A stretch of 32,000 bases of DNA, taken from contig NZ_OZ034918.1 of NCBI RefSeq assembly GCF_964030745.1, positions 930,001 through 962,000 on the forward strand, read 5' to 3'. This document shows, in pieces, positions 9,076 through 17,750 of the stretch. A model generated the notes under the pieces. That model saw only the letters and a list, made by a program, of their open reading frames with translations. It was not told where the DNA came from and did no database searches. The position numbers and the translations under genes were made by a program. Origin of the DNA: Candidatus Saccharimonadota bacterium. GTDB taxonomy: Bacteria; Bacteroidota; Bacteroidia; Cytophagales; Amoebophilaceae. How positions within the stretch are numbered: the stretch's first letter is position 1; each line of letters begins with the position of its first letter.

Positions 9076-9713
9076 ATGAAGATGGGGTAAGTGTATATAA
9101 CCCGTGGTCTACGCTAAGATTTTTAGACTCTGGTAAACTAGCCAACTACTGGTACGAATCAGGCAGCCCAAGCTTACTTATTAATCAGATGCTAGCAGAT
9201 CCTGATAGGTTTGATATGAACATGGGTAACCTCCAAATAGAGGCCACCAGAGAAGAGTTAATGTATACAGAAAGCAGAAATGAGATTAGTTTAAAGTCTC
9301 TGATGTTTCAAACAGGCTATCTGACTATTGATCACTATGATGAATCTACCGGTCTATATAGATTAAAATTTCCTAATAAAGAAATAGAAGCATCCTTTCA
9401 AAAAAGTATTCAGTCGAGTTTAGAAAAGAGCGTAAAAGATTACTTCCTACAAGCGCGAGATACAATCAGAAAGGCATTATCTGATAAGAAGATTGAAACC
9501 TTTATAGAGCATATCAATATCGCTTTTGCTACGCTTCCTTACTATATCGATACAAAACAGGAAAAACAATACCATAGCAATTTACATATGCTGCTGCAAG
9601 GGTTGGGATTTCTAGGGGGCAGGAAAATGCAAATGTATAGCGAATCCGCTTCTAGTCAAGGCAGATCAGATATCGTTTTAGAATTAGAAACAGCAATCTA
9701 CATTATAGAAATC
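9076..9713 (+). pseudogene. middle segment (5' exon relative to the intron) of the same AAA-ATPase-like/PD-(D/E)XK gene
   Basis: In frame with 6943-7765 once the IS and one ATTTT copy are removed (…NGYKF-YEDGVSVYNPW…). It ends …GRSDIVLELETAIYIIEI directly before the GTGCG of the intron. Confidence 0.8.
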
Positions 9714-10358
9714 GTGCGACCTGAAAGTCTTCTACCGTATTGTTTAAAAGGGGAGACATTAAATTGTGAACAAAAAAACAATGAATCATCCCCTTATTAA
9801 ACCAGATGTTTTGCCATCTGAGCCTACGTATCGGTGCGAATGGGGCAACCGATTGGTGCTAAGCGATACAGACAATGAACCTCTTCTTCTTGAAAAGAAG
9901 GAAATGCCGCATCGCGAGATGGGCATAAACTGCAAGCATCATGCGGTTGGAGGGCTAGGCTAGTGATATGGTGAACATAAGTGAAGCTTTAAGCAAGTGC
10001 CGTTATGATAAAAGAGCTAAAGATGCTGACAAGCTCTAACCAAAAAGGTATGTGGGTAGGATACATTTTAGATTTCTGGATGTACGCAAACAGTCAACCC
10101 ACCGGCATATTGAAGCCACCTAAGTCACTCAAGTATGATAGAAGGAACAGGGTAAGCCTGTATGCTCGCCTTATTAAAAGGCAGGTAGACCGCAAGGAAA
10201 ACTGTTGAGCATGCAGGTAAAGGAAAGTGGAGCAAGCGAATGCCACTCTGTAACGGAATGGATAGGGTTTGTAATATTAACCCATGCGAAAGCAGGCAGA
10301 CTTCCACTAGGTCCCTCGTGACAAGAAACTTTGTTAACCACTTAAGGGAGGAAAGCAG

Positions 10359-11900
10359 ATGATTACCTGTCTAAACACAGTAAGTGCACCTACCGATAAC
10401 CCCTCGGCATGGAACCAGCTACCCTGGAAAAAGTGTCAGAAAGTTGTTATGCGGCTACAAAGACGTATTGTTAAGGCGGTCCAAAAAGGAAGATGGGGTA
10501 AGGTAAAAGTCTTACAACATCTTCTAACACGGTCTTTTAGTGGGAAAGCCTTGGCGGTAAAAAGAGTAACGGAAAACCAAGGCAAAAGGACATCAGGAGT
10601 AGATCGTCAACTATGGTCCACTGATAAGACAAAATTTCAAGGCATCAAGCAATTAAAACAGAGAGGATACAAGCCTTCTCCGCTCAAACGGATCTACATT
10701 AGTAAAACCAATGGCAAAAGAAGGCCTCTTGGAATACCTACGATGAAAGACAGGGCCATGCAAGCACTGTATCTGTTTGCGCTGGAACCGATAGCTGAAA
10801 CAACCAGTGATCGACATTCCTATGGCTTTAGACCGAAAAGATCTTGCGCAGATGCTATCAAAGCGAGTCATATATTGCTTGCAGCAGATAAACATCCGCA
10901 ATGGATATTAGAGGGTGACATCAAAGGCTGTTTTGATAACATCAACCATCAATGGCTTATTAAGCACATTCCTATGGAAAAGCGGATGCTTACTAGTTGG
11001 CTAAAAGCAGGTTACATAGAATCGAAAAAGCTGTATCACACAACTGCAGGTACCCCTCAAGGCGGTATCATCTCTCCAGTATTAGCTAATTTGACTTTAG
11101 ATGGACTCGAAAAATTATTAGAAGAACGCTTTGGAAAAATTGGCAGTACAAAAAGAGTAAAGATCAGAAGTGGAGTAAACATAATCCGGTATGCGGACGA
11201 CTTCATTATTTCAGGAAACACACGTGAAGTACTGGAAAATGAAGTCAAACCACTACTAGAGTCTTTCCTTTCTGAAAGAGGTCTTACTCTATCAGAAGAA
11301 AAGACAAAGATTACTCATATTAATACAGGGTTCGATTTTCTTGGTTGTAATGTACGTAAATACAATAAGAAATTGATCATAAAACCTTCAAAAGAAGGTA
11401 TTAAGAACATGCTTAAGAAAGCGCGTACATCAATAAAAACAAACATAGCAAATACACAAGCAATAATGATTAAATTACTCAATCCTCTATTAAGAGGCTG
11501 GGGTAACTATTATCGCCATGTATGCGCAAAGCAGGCTTTTAGAAAAATAGACCATGAAATTATGCAGTCACTATGGAAATGGGCAAAGAGAAGACATCCA
11601 TGCAAAGGATTACGTTGGATAAAGCACCGTTACTTTAAAGTAAGGGGTCTACGCCAGTGGGTCTTTGCTTCATCTATAGCAGGAAACCATTTAAAGGAAA
11701 TACGTTTACTAAAACTAAGCGATATACCTATAAGACGACATGTTAAAATCAGAGCTGATGCAAATCCTCTAGATATAAGATGGAAAAAGTATTTTGAAGA
11801 AAGAGCGATGCGTACAAAAATGTTGCAGAGCCCATGCTCAAAAGAAGGTTCACTACTACTAGTGTCACCACAAAAGAAACCAAAAGTTGAAAACATATGA
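10359..11900 (+). CDS. group II intron reverse transcriptase/maturase (no recognisable HNH endonuclease domain)
   Basis: RT motifs RPLGIPTMKDRAMQ, YGFRPKRSCADA, GTPQGGIISPVLANL and RYADDFII. Maturase domain X motif LLRGWGNYYRH. Confidence 0.92.
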   Translation: MITCLNTVSAPTDNPSAWNQLPWKKCQKVVMRLQRRIVKAVQKGRWGKVKVLQHLLTRSFSGKALAVKRVTENQGKRTSGVDRQLWSTDKTKFQGIKQLKQRGYKPSPLKRIYISKTNGKRRPLGIPTMKDRAMQALYLFALEPIAETTSDRHSYGFRPKRSCADAIKASHILLAADKHPQWILEGDIKGCFDNINHQWLIKHIPMEKRMLTSWLKAGYIESKKLYHTTAGTPQGGIISPVLANLTLDGLEKLLEERFGKIGSTKRVKIRSGVNIIRYADDFIISGNTREVLENEVKPLLESFLSERGLTLSEEKTKITHINTGFDFLGCNVRKYNKKLIIKPSKEGIKNMLKKARTSIKTNIANTQAIMIKLLNPLLRGWGNYYRHVCAKQAFRKIDHEIMQSLWKWAKRRHPCKGLRWIKHRYFKVRGLRQWVFASSIAGNHLKEIRLLKLSDIPIRRHVKIRADANPLDIRWKKYFEERAMRTKMLQSPCSKEGSLLLVSPQKKPKVENI

Positions 11901-11945
11901 TGGACAAGCCGGTTCTAGAACAACAGGACTTAGATAAGGGGCTCA

Positions 11946-12019
11946 AGCGTAGTGCGGGGAAACTCGCAAGCTGCGTTTCTAAGGGGGAGGAGGATAGCAA
12001 TACCCTCCTCCTACCTAAC
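11946..12019 (+). ncRNA. group II intron domains V and VI
   Basis: DV 11946-11977 has an AGC triad at its base, 7-bp and 6-bp helices, a GAAA tetraloop and a 2-nt AG bulge. DVI 11983-12015 is the helix GGGGGAGGAGG/CCTCCTCC(T)-A-CC with an unpaired A at 12013, 7 nt from the 3' end. Confidence 0.8.
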
Positions 12020-12193
12020 AAATATAAATCCAGTGGCAAAATAGCCTTGCAACAAATCCAAGAAAATGGCTACTACAAGCCTTATTTGCTCAGACAAAAA
12101 GCCATTATACTACTAGGCCTTAACTTCAATGAGTCAACTAGGATGGTCGATAACTGGGCCTATGATATACAAGAAGCACATCTAAAAAAATAA
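12020..12193 (+). pseudogene. 3' exon of the AAA-ATPase-like/PD-(D/E)XK gene
   Basis: Encodes KYKSSGKIALQQIQENGYYKPYLL...HLKK*. Joined to exon 1 it gives IIEI-KYK, matching IFELKVGK in the paralog. The ORF-track ORF 11897-12193 is a composite of intron DV/DVI and this exon. Confidence 0.8.
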
Positions 12194-12194
12194 A

Positions 12195-12576
12195 GTATCT
12201 ATTCACCACTGCGGCTAAAATTTACTTTTCTGCCATATCCATGCATCACTATGGCTACACCTTTGACCTACACCTTTGACCTACACCTACCTCTTTGTAT
12301 CCATACATCACTATGGCTACGTTTTTCTGAAAAAGCAAGTGGCTAATCCATTACCAGCCGCCGCGTCTCCTTCGATAAAAAAATGGCGCTCTAGTAAAAC
12401 ACTAACAGCTGAGCGATATGTTTTTTAGCGGATTAGAAAATCGTCTGTTTGAAGCTCGCTTGCGAGCTGAGTGCACGATTTTCCCGCTAAAAAACATATC
12501 GATTCATCTATTTACTATCGGGCCAGACTTTTTATCGAAGGAGATAAGGGGCCAAGCCAGAGGCGTGAATAGATAC
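12195..12576. mobile_element. 382-bp MITE with an A2-type hairpin core
   Basis: Perfect 12-bp TIRs GTATCTATTCAC (12195-12206) / GTGAATAGATAC (12565-12576). Flanked by the 8-bp direct repeat AAAATAAA (12187-12194 and 12577-12584). The A2 core lies at about 12357-12552. The left arm holds internal 13-bp tandem ACCTTTGACCTAC x2 and duplicated ATCCAT(G/A)CATCACTATGGCTAC. Confidence 0.8.
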
Positions 12577-12608
12577 AAAATAAAGCTGGCGAATTGATCA
12601 ATATGGTG

Positions 12609-12681
12609 TGGTCCCGGAAGGACTCGAACCTTCAACCTACTGCTTAGAAGGCAGTTGCTCTATCCATTGAGCTACGGAACC
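12609..12681 (-). tRNA. tRNA-Arg (anticodon TCT)
   Basis: The reverse complement folds as a cloverleaf: acceptor GGTTCCG/CGGGACC, anticodon stem ACTGC/GCAGT with loop CTTCTAA, T-arm GAAGG-TTCGAGT-CCTTC. Confidence 0.9.
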
Positions 12682-12710
12682 TAAAACGAAAGTAGGTTGG
12701 CTACCTTTCG

Positions 12711-12785
12711 TCGGGGCGGCAGGATTCGAACCTGCGACCTTCTGCTCCCAAAGCAGACGCGATAACCGAGCTACGCTACGCCCCG
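12711..12785 (-). tRNA. tRNA-Pro (anticodon TGG)
   Basis: Acceptor CGGGGCG/CGCCCCG, anticodon stem TCTGC/GCAGA with loop TTTGGGA, T-arm GCAGG-TTCGAAT-CCTGC. Confidence 0.9.
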
Positions 12786-12807
12786 AATAGATAAGCAAAA
12801 TAATACG

Positions 12808-12896
12808 CGGATAGGGGGGGATTCGAACCCCCGGTACAGAATCATCCATACCGCAGTTTAGCAAACTGCTGGTTTAAGCCACTCACCCACCTATCC
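12808..12896 (-). tRNA. tRNA-Ser (anticodon GCT), long variable arm
   Basis: Acceptor GGATAGG/CCTATCC, anticodon stem GCAGT/ACTGC with loop TTGCTAA, long variable arm, T-loop GGTTCGAATCC. Confidence 0.88.
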
Positions 12897-12997
12897 AATA
12901 TGGCCTTACAAACATAAGGTATGTAAATTTACTGAAATTATAACAAAAAAGCGCATATAATCGCTAAAAATTAGCCTGAATTATCAAATCGTAGGCC

Positions 12998-14308
12998 TCA
13001 TTTCAACTGCTCTACTAGCGTATGTATGGCCATACCATGCGCCGCTTTTAATAAAATACCACTACCTTGATAGGTATGCCTACCTAGATAATCTGCCAAT
13101 GCTGCTTTATCAGGAAAACACTCAATTTTGGTATTGGGTTGCTTTTGCGCAGCAAGGGTAAAAAAAGGACCACATAGCAGTACACGGTCATAGTGGGGCG
13201 CACAAAGCTGTTGAACAATTTGGTCGTGCCAAACAGCCGTTTCGTTCCCTAAGTCAGCCATGTCCCCTAAGATAACCACCCGGTAGCCCACCTTTAACTG
13301 TACCAACGTATCTAGTGCTGCCTGAACCGAAGCAGGACTCGCATTATAACTGTCTATAATCAATTGATTGCTCCCTTTAATCACCAATTGCATCCGTTGA
13401 TTGTTCGGGATATAACCTTGAATGGCTTGATGGGCTGCTGCACTGGCTACCTTAAAGTATTTGGCAACACAAAGGGCTGCTGCGATATTGCTGATATGCG
13501 CTTTCCCTAATAAATGGGTGGTAAATACCCCTCCTTCTGCTGATTTATAGCGCAAATAAGGCTCCTGTCCGGCCAATGCTAGCGGTGCAAAGTCATTAGG
13601 TTGTGGGTAGGTAATAGGTTTTGTAAATCGCTTACTCATGGTAGACAACAAAGGGTCTGCAGTATTCAAAAAAATGGTTCCGTCAGTAAGATAAAGGTAA
13701 TCATATAGCTCGCCTTTCCCTTGCATCACACCTGTTATATTCCCAAATCCTTCAAGATGCGCTGCTCCAATAGCAGTAATGAGGCCATGTGTGGGGCTGG
13801 CTATTTTACAGCACAATGCAATATCACCTAATTGCGTAGCCCCCATTTCTACAACCGCTATTTGGGTGTCTGGCTGCATCGACAAAAGGGTTAATGCAAC
13901 GCCAATAGGTGTATTTAAATTTCCCTTGGTAGCTACTGCTCTATAAGTAGTCCGCAAAGTGGTATAGATAAGCTCTTTCGTGGTGGTTTTACCATAAGAA
14001 CCAGTTATGGCTACAACTGGAAAATCAGCCCAATATTGCGACCGATGGTAACGCGCTAATTGTAGCAGTGTGGCTAGGCTATCCTTTACTAGGATATAAG
14101 CAGGTGAAGAGATGCGATAGGTAGGGTCATCTATCACTACATAACGGGCGCCCTTTGCTAAGGCCTCTGCTGCAAAGGCATTGCCATTAAAGTGAGGACC
14201 TCGAATGGCAAAAAAAAGTGCACCTGGAGCCAAATGGCGTGTATCTGTGGTTACAGATTGCGTCGTTAAATACTTTTGGTAAAGTGCTTCTATGGCCACC
14301 ATAGGCAA
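12998..14308 (-). CDS. murF: UDP-N-acetylmuramoyl-tripeptide--D-alanyl-D-alanine ligase
   Basis: Mur ligase ATP-binding motif ITGSYGKTTTKE. Length and overall pattern are typical of MurF. Confidence 0.85.
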   Translation of the reverse strand: MPMVAIEALYQKYLTTQSVTTDTRHLAPGALFFAIRGPHFNGNAFAAEALAKGARYVVIDDPTYRISSPAYILVKDSLATLLQLARYHRSQYWADFPVVAITGSYGKTTTKELIYTTLRTTYRAVATKGNLNTPIGVALTLLSMQPDTQIAVVEMGATQLGDIALCCKIASPTHGLITAIGAAHLEGFGNITGVMQGKGELYDYLYLTDGTIFLNTADPLLSTMSKRFTKPITYPQPNDFAPLALAGQEPYLRYKSAEGGVFTTHLLGKAHISNIAAALCVAKYFKVASAAAHQAIQGYIPNNQRMQLVIKGSNQLIIDSYNASPASVQAALDTLVQLKVGYRVVILGDMADLGNETAVWHDQIVQQLCAPHYDRVLLCGPFFTLAAQKQPNTKIECFPDKAALADYLGRHTYQGSGILLKAAHGMAIHTLVEQLK

Positions 14309-14326
14309 GTAAATAGAACAAGATGA

Positions 14327-15856
14327 TTAGCTGTAGGCAACCTGTGTAGGTTTAGGATCTGTTTTATTTTTAAAGTGGCCCATAGCAAACTGTACCGATG
14401 GTACCGCTTTGCCTAATAAAGGATTATACCCCAATTTAAAAATTGCTGCCAGCCATGGCATGGTAGCATGCTCTAGCTGTAAGCCTACCCCAAAGCTGTC
14501 TATAAATGTTTGATTCAATAGTGCATTGTATTGATTATAAAGCGCTATAAAATCAGTAAAGCCCAGGCAAACAAAACGAATAGAAGCTACCATAATCGGC
14601 ATGTGCAAGGAGCTGCTTAGGTGAACATTGAGGCGTGCATGGATGGGCGCTTGCATGCTATTCTTGCTGTCAGGGGGCTCTAAGGCTTCAGGATCACGGC
14701 GCCTGATACCTAACATGCGTTCCTTAGGCATGCGGCAACCCATTATATAATCTATGGCCATAAACAGCCGTGCCCCATTACATGTCTCTATAGGCGGACC
14801 AGCATAGGCCAATGCTAGCTTCAGTATCACTTCTTCGAGTCTTTTTTTATGCATAAAAGTTCCCGATTCACAGCTTAAATGCAAATATCGAAGCGTGGGG
14901 CTTGCTATGTTTTTAATACAACTGATACCCATATAGTGTCTATTGTTCAAGGCACCCTTTTGGTAACCATATAGGATTTCTATAGATCCACCCTTTGGTA
15001 ACCTTTCCAAGGTATGCAGGCTGTAGACGCTTCGTATCGTTGTGTAGTCATCTGCTACCCATCCTACCTTACCCAAGATAAAGGTATAATTGGCTTTATG
15101 TTCAGTTTCCCAAACAGCTGGCATAAACCGTTTCCTGGCGCCACTTAGCCCAGTGATCCAGTAGTAAGGAGCGTAGGGTTCCTTTGTTTCTATAGCCAAT
15201 AATTGGCCCATCCATAGGTTTTGGTAGTTGAATCTATAGCTACTTTTAGTCTCGTTGCCACAGCCATTGCCTCTTTGGTTGTAATGTTGTCCGCCAAAAA
15301 AATAGTTGCTATGCAGTTTAGGCAGCTCGTAAGTCACTCCGTACCCCCATCTTTTTTTTAGAAAAAAATGCTGGCTCAAACGGTGTCCATAGCCCCATGC
15401 ATTATGATGGGTTAGGGTAAACAATGGTCCTTCATCTAGGTTGAAGCCTACGCTTATAGGAAATCGATCTTTGGTTTCTATCATCAGATCAGCTAGCATA
15501 GCTGTGCTATCCTCCTCAACCCTTTTGCGTGTAATGGATACCATTGAAAAGTAGGGGAGTGCCATTAACCTGCGCTTGATAGCCAAGAGGGTTGGTCCAT
15601 CAAAATCTGCACCAGCTTCCAAGCCGATGTATCTGCGGATCAATGTGGCATCTGTTGTAGGGGCCAGCCATTGTACCAAACGTAAGCAGGGATAGCGTTT
15701 TACTGTTATTGGTGCTATAGCAGCTGTAGCGGTTATGGTTATGCTTCTAACGCTATACGTAGGATTTGCTTTTACCATACATGGCATACAATAAGAAAGC
15801 AACAATCCAATTGTTAAGCCTATAGATGGTGCAATGCGTTTGTCTTTTTTGTGCAT
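14327..15856 (-). CDS. putative outer-membrane beta-barrel protein (Omp85/BamA-like, single POTRA-like region)
   Basis: N-terminal signal-like segment. POTRA-like stretch (IRRYIGLEAGADFDGPTLLAIKRRLMALPYF). Aromatic-rich, alternating beta-strand-like C-terminal part. Family assignment is tentative. Confidence 0.45.
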   Translation of the reverse strand: MHKKDKRIAPSIGLTIGLLLSYCMPCMVKANPTYSVRSITITATAAIAPITVKRYPCLRLVQWLAPTTDATLIRRYIGLEAGADFDGPTLLAIKRRLMALPYFSMVSITRKRVEEDSTAMLADLMIETKDRFPISVGFNLDEGPLFTLTHHNAWGYGHRLSQHFFLKKRWGYGVTYELPKLHSNYFFGGQHYNQRGNGCGNETKSSYRFNYQNLWMGQLLAIETKEPYAPYYWITGLSGARKRFMPAVWETEHKANYTFILGKVGWVADDYTTIRSVYSLHTLERLPKGGSIEILYGYQKGALNNRHYMGISCIKNIASPTLRYLHLSCESGTFMHKKRLEEVILKLALAYAGPPIETCNGARLFMAIDYIMGCRMPKERMLGIRRRDPEALEPPDSKNSMQAPIHARLNVHLSSSLHMPIMVASIRFVCLGFTDFIALYNQYNALLNQTFIDSFGVGLQLEHATMPWLAAIFKLGYNPLLGKAVPSVQFAMGHFKNKTDPKPTQVAYS

Positions 15857-15941
15857 GAATGTAACCCATTTAAAGCGTTGCTAGGATAAGGCGTTATAAT
15901 TCAACCCATAACGCCTTATTACCTAGATCTGATTTTAGTGA

Positions 15942-16163
15942 TTAATATTCATCTTCGTTGAAGATAAAATCATCACCTGTTGGGTAATCAGGCCATATTT
16001 CTTCAATAGATGTATATGGATAATCATCATCATCCAATTCCTCTAGATTTCTAATCACCTCAAAAGGTGCGCCTGACCGTTTGGCATAGTCTATTAACTC
16101 ATCCTTGGTAGCTGGCCAAGGGGCATCTTCTAGATGCGATACTAATTCAAGTGTCCAATACAT
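15942..16163 (-). CDS. DUF2795 domain protein
   Basis: 73-aa acidic protein with the pattern WPATKDELIDYAKRSGAPFEVIRNLEEL, typical of DUF2795. Confidence 0.7.
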   Translation of the reverse strand: MYWTLELVSHLEDAPWPATKDELIDYAKRSGAPFEVIRNLEELDDDDYPYTSIEEIWPDYPTGDDFIFNEDEY

Positions 16164-16361
16164 AATACAAAAGTGAAAAATAAATTAAATTTAAAACTGC
16201 ATTTGATAGGCTTTAGGACCTGCTTTTAGCAGCCAAAAATAGAGTAATTTTTAAATTTATACAAGCAGTTTGCTTAGTACTTTTTGTTACTGCTATGTAA
16301 TGTTTTTTATAACCATCTTAAGGTTATCATTCACTGATATTCTATACTTATTATAAGTTAT

Positions 16362-17570
16362 ATGAAAATTTCTTTTTTTCTTGCCAAACGTTACCTTAAA
16401 AAACATGGTAGTACAACATTGATCCATAGGTTGTCTAAACTTGCTTGCTACAGTATGGCAGTGAGTACAGCTATTTTGCTGCTGATACTATCTACCATGA
16501 ATGGTATGGAAAAGCTCTTATCTACTTTATTTTATGCCTATACCCCTACCTTAAAAATAGCATCTCAGACAGGTAAAACGTTTGTCTATGATCCCAAATT
16601 AAAAAGCAATATAATGGGTGTGGTGGGTGTAGCAGCTATCGTGGAGGTATTAGAAGCAACCGCTCTGGTACGGTTGCATGGCCAGCAAGCCATTGTGACC
16701 ATTAAAGGTGTTTCGTCTAATTTCACGGCAAGTGACTTTTATAAAAATTGTACCCGTATGGATGCGGTTGCTTTTTGGGAGGAGGATAGGCCTCGTGCTA
16801 TTGCAGGTATACAGGTTGCCCAATGGCTACAATGGGCGCCTCATAGCAATAGGGTAGAGGTATTTTATCCAAAGCAGGGTAGTTACCATCTACAGAGCCC
16901 CTACAAGCGCATGACCTTAGACGTAAATGGGCTTTTTGCTATAGCAAAACAAATAGATCGCAGCTATATGATTGCCCCTATACACTTTGTAGAAAGTTTG
17001 ACAGATGGATGGCATAAACGGAGCTATTGGGAGGTTGTCATCAACGATAGAGCCGATCTGGCAACCATACAAACAACCATACAAAAATTACTACCAGACG
17101 GCTATGAGGCAACCAATCGAGATGAACAAAATCAGCCACGTCTCAGGGCTATTTTCATTGAACGGCTTTCTGTCTCTTTTATTTTTGCTTTGGTATTGCT
17201 GTTGGCCTCGCTCCATATTTTCTTTATGTTATGTATGTTGATTGTACACAAGCAAAAAGATATTGCCATACTTGCTTCACTCGGGGCTACACCGGGTCAA
17301 ATAGGTAAGATTTTTTTCTATAATGGACTTTTGGTATCCTTAAAAGGGATGGTATATGGTCTTATCATTGGGTGTGTGCTGGGCTTTTTGCAACAAAAGT
17401 TTGGCCTTGTTACTTTTATTAGGTCGGGTCGTAGGAGCCCTTATCCTATAGCCATGCATGGAGTTGATGGCTTATATACTGCTATGGCAACCATCCTATT
17501 TAGTTTTTTAGCTTCCCTTTGGCCAGCCAAACGTGCTATGCAGTTGGCCAGTAAGCTGTTAAAGAGGTAG
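16362..17570 (+). CDS. ABC transporter permease, FtsX/LolC/LolE family
   Basis: N-terminal FLAKRYLKK motif, large periplasmic loop, C-terminal FtsX-like three-TM bundle. Confidence 0.8.
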   Translation: MKISFFLAKRYLKKHGSTTLIHRLSKLACYSMAVSTAILLLILSTMNGMEKLLSTLFYAYTPTLKIASQTGKTFVYDPKLKSNIMGVVGVAAIVEVLEATALVRLHGQQAIVTIKGVSSNFTASDFYKNCTRMDAVAFWEEDRPRAIAGIQVAQWLQWAPHSNRVEVFYPKQGSYHLQSPYKRMTLDVNGLFAIAKQIDRSYMIAPIHFVESLTDGWHKRSYWEVVINDRADLATIQTTIQKLLPDGYEATNRDEQNQPRLRAIFIERLSVSFIFALVLLLASLHIFFMLCMLIVHKQKDIAILASLGATPGQIGKIFFYNGLLVSLKGMVYGLIIGCVLGFLQQKFGLVTFIRSGRRSPYPIAMHGVDGLYTAMATILFSFLASLWPAKRAMQLASKLLKR

Positions 17571-17579
17571 TTGTCAGGT

Positions 17580-17750
17580 TCAGATTGGTTGCAGGGTTTT
17601 CATCAGGTCTTCATCAACTAGGCCCCATACCTTCCTATCCTGCACTCGTTCCTCTATCAATAAGCTATACCGAATACGCCTGTAGCTGGGCCCCTTATCT
17701 CCTTCGATAAAGGCTGCTGTCATATGAAGCGGGGTATTACCATTATTATT
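17580..17750 (-). pseudogene. frameshifted 3' continuation of the ankyrin gene (18th repeat plus C-terminal tail)
   Basis: Removing one A from the A6 run gives VNLKNNNGNTPLHMTAA... This has exactly the spacing of VNAQDKDGNTPLH in the preceding repeats. The frame stays open to the TGA at 17580-17582, 9 bp from the lolE-like stop. Confidence 0.6.
17676..17711. repeat. solo terminus of the A2 element family
   Basis: ACGCCTGTAGCTGGGCCCCTTATCTCCTTCGATAAA matches 30013-30048 at 35 of 36 positions. Confidence 0.7.

Larger units (their letters stand above)
9714..12019 (+). mobile_element. complete bacterial group II intron (2306 nt) with intron-encoded protein
   Basis: 5' GTGCGAC. RT/maturase ORF in domain IV preceded by AAGGGAGG. 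Textbook domain V and domain VI with a bulged A. 3' end ...CTAAC. The flanking exons join in frame. Confidence 0.85.

Noticed and set aside
9766-10208. Two short ORFs (9766-9963 and 10005-10208) upstream of the RT gene
   Set aside because: They fall in the structured domain I-III RNA of the group II intron. They have no coding features and are expected to be non-coding ribozyme sequence.
10359-11900. Reverse transcriptase as a retron, DGR or defence-associated RT
   Set aside because: A maturase domain X motif (RGWGNYY), a 5' GTGCG, and canonical domains V/VI around the ORF identify it as a group II intron IEP. No msr/msd-like or template/variable repeat structure is seen.
11897-12193. 98-aa ORF treated as an independent gene
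   Set aside because: Its first 41 codons are intron domains V/VI read as protein. Only 12020-12193 is genuine coding sequence, the 3' exon of the host gene.
12637-12864. 75-aa minus-strand ORF
   Set aside because: It overlaps all three tRNA genes and is a translation artefact of tRNA sequence.
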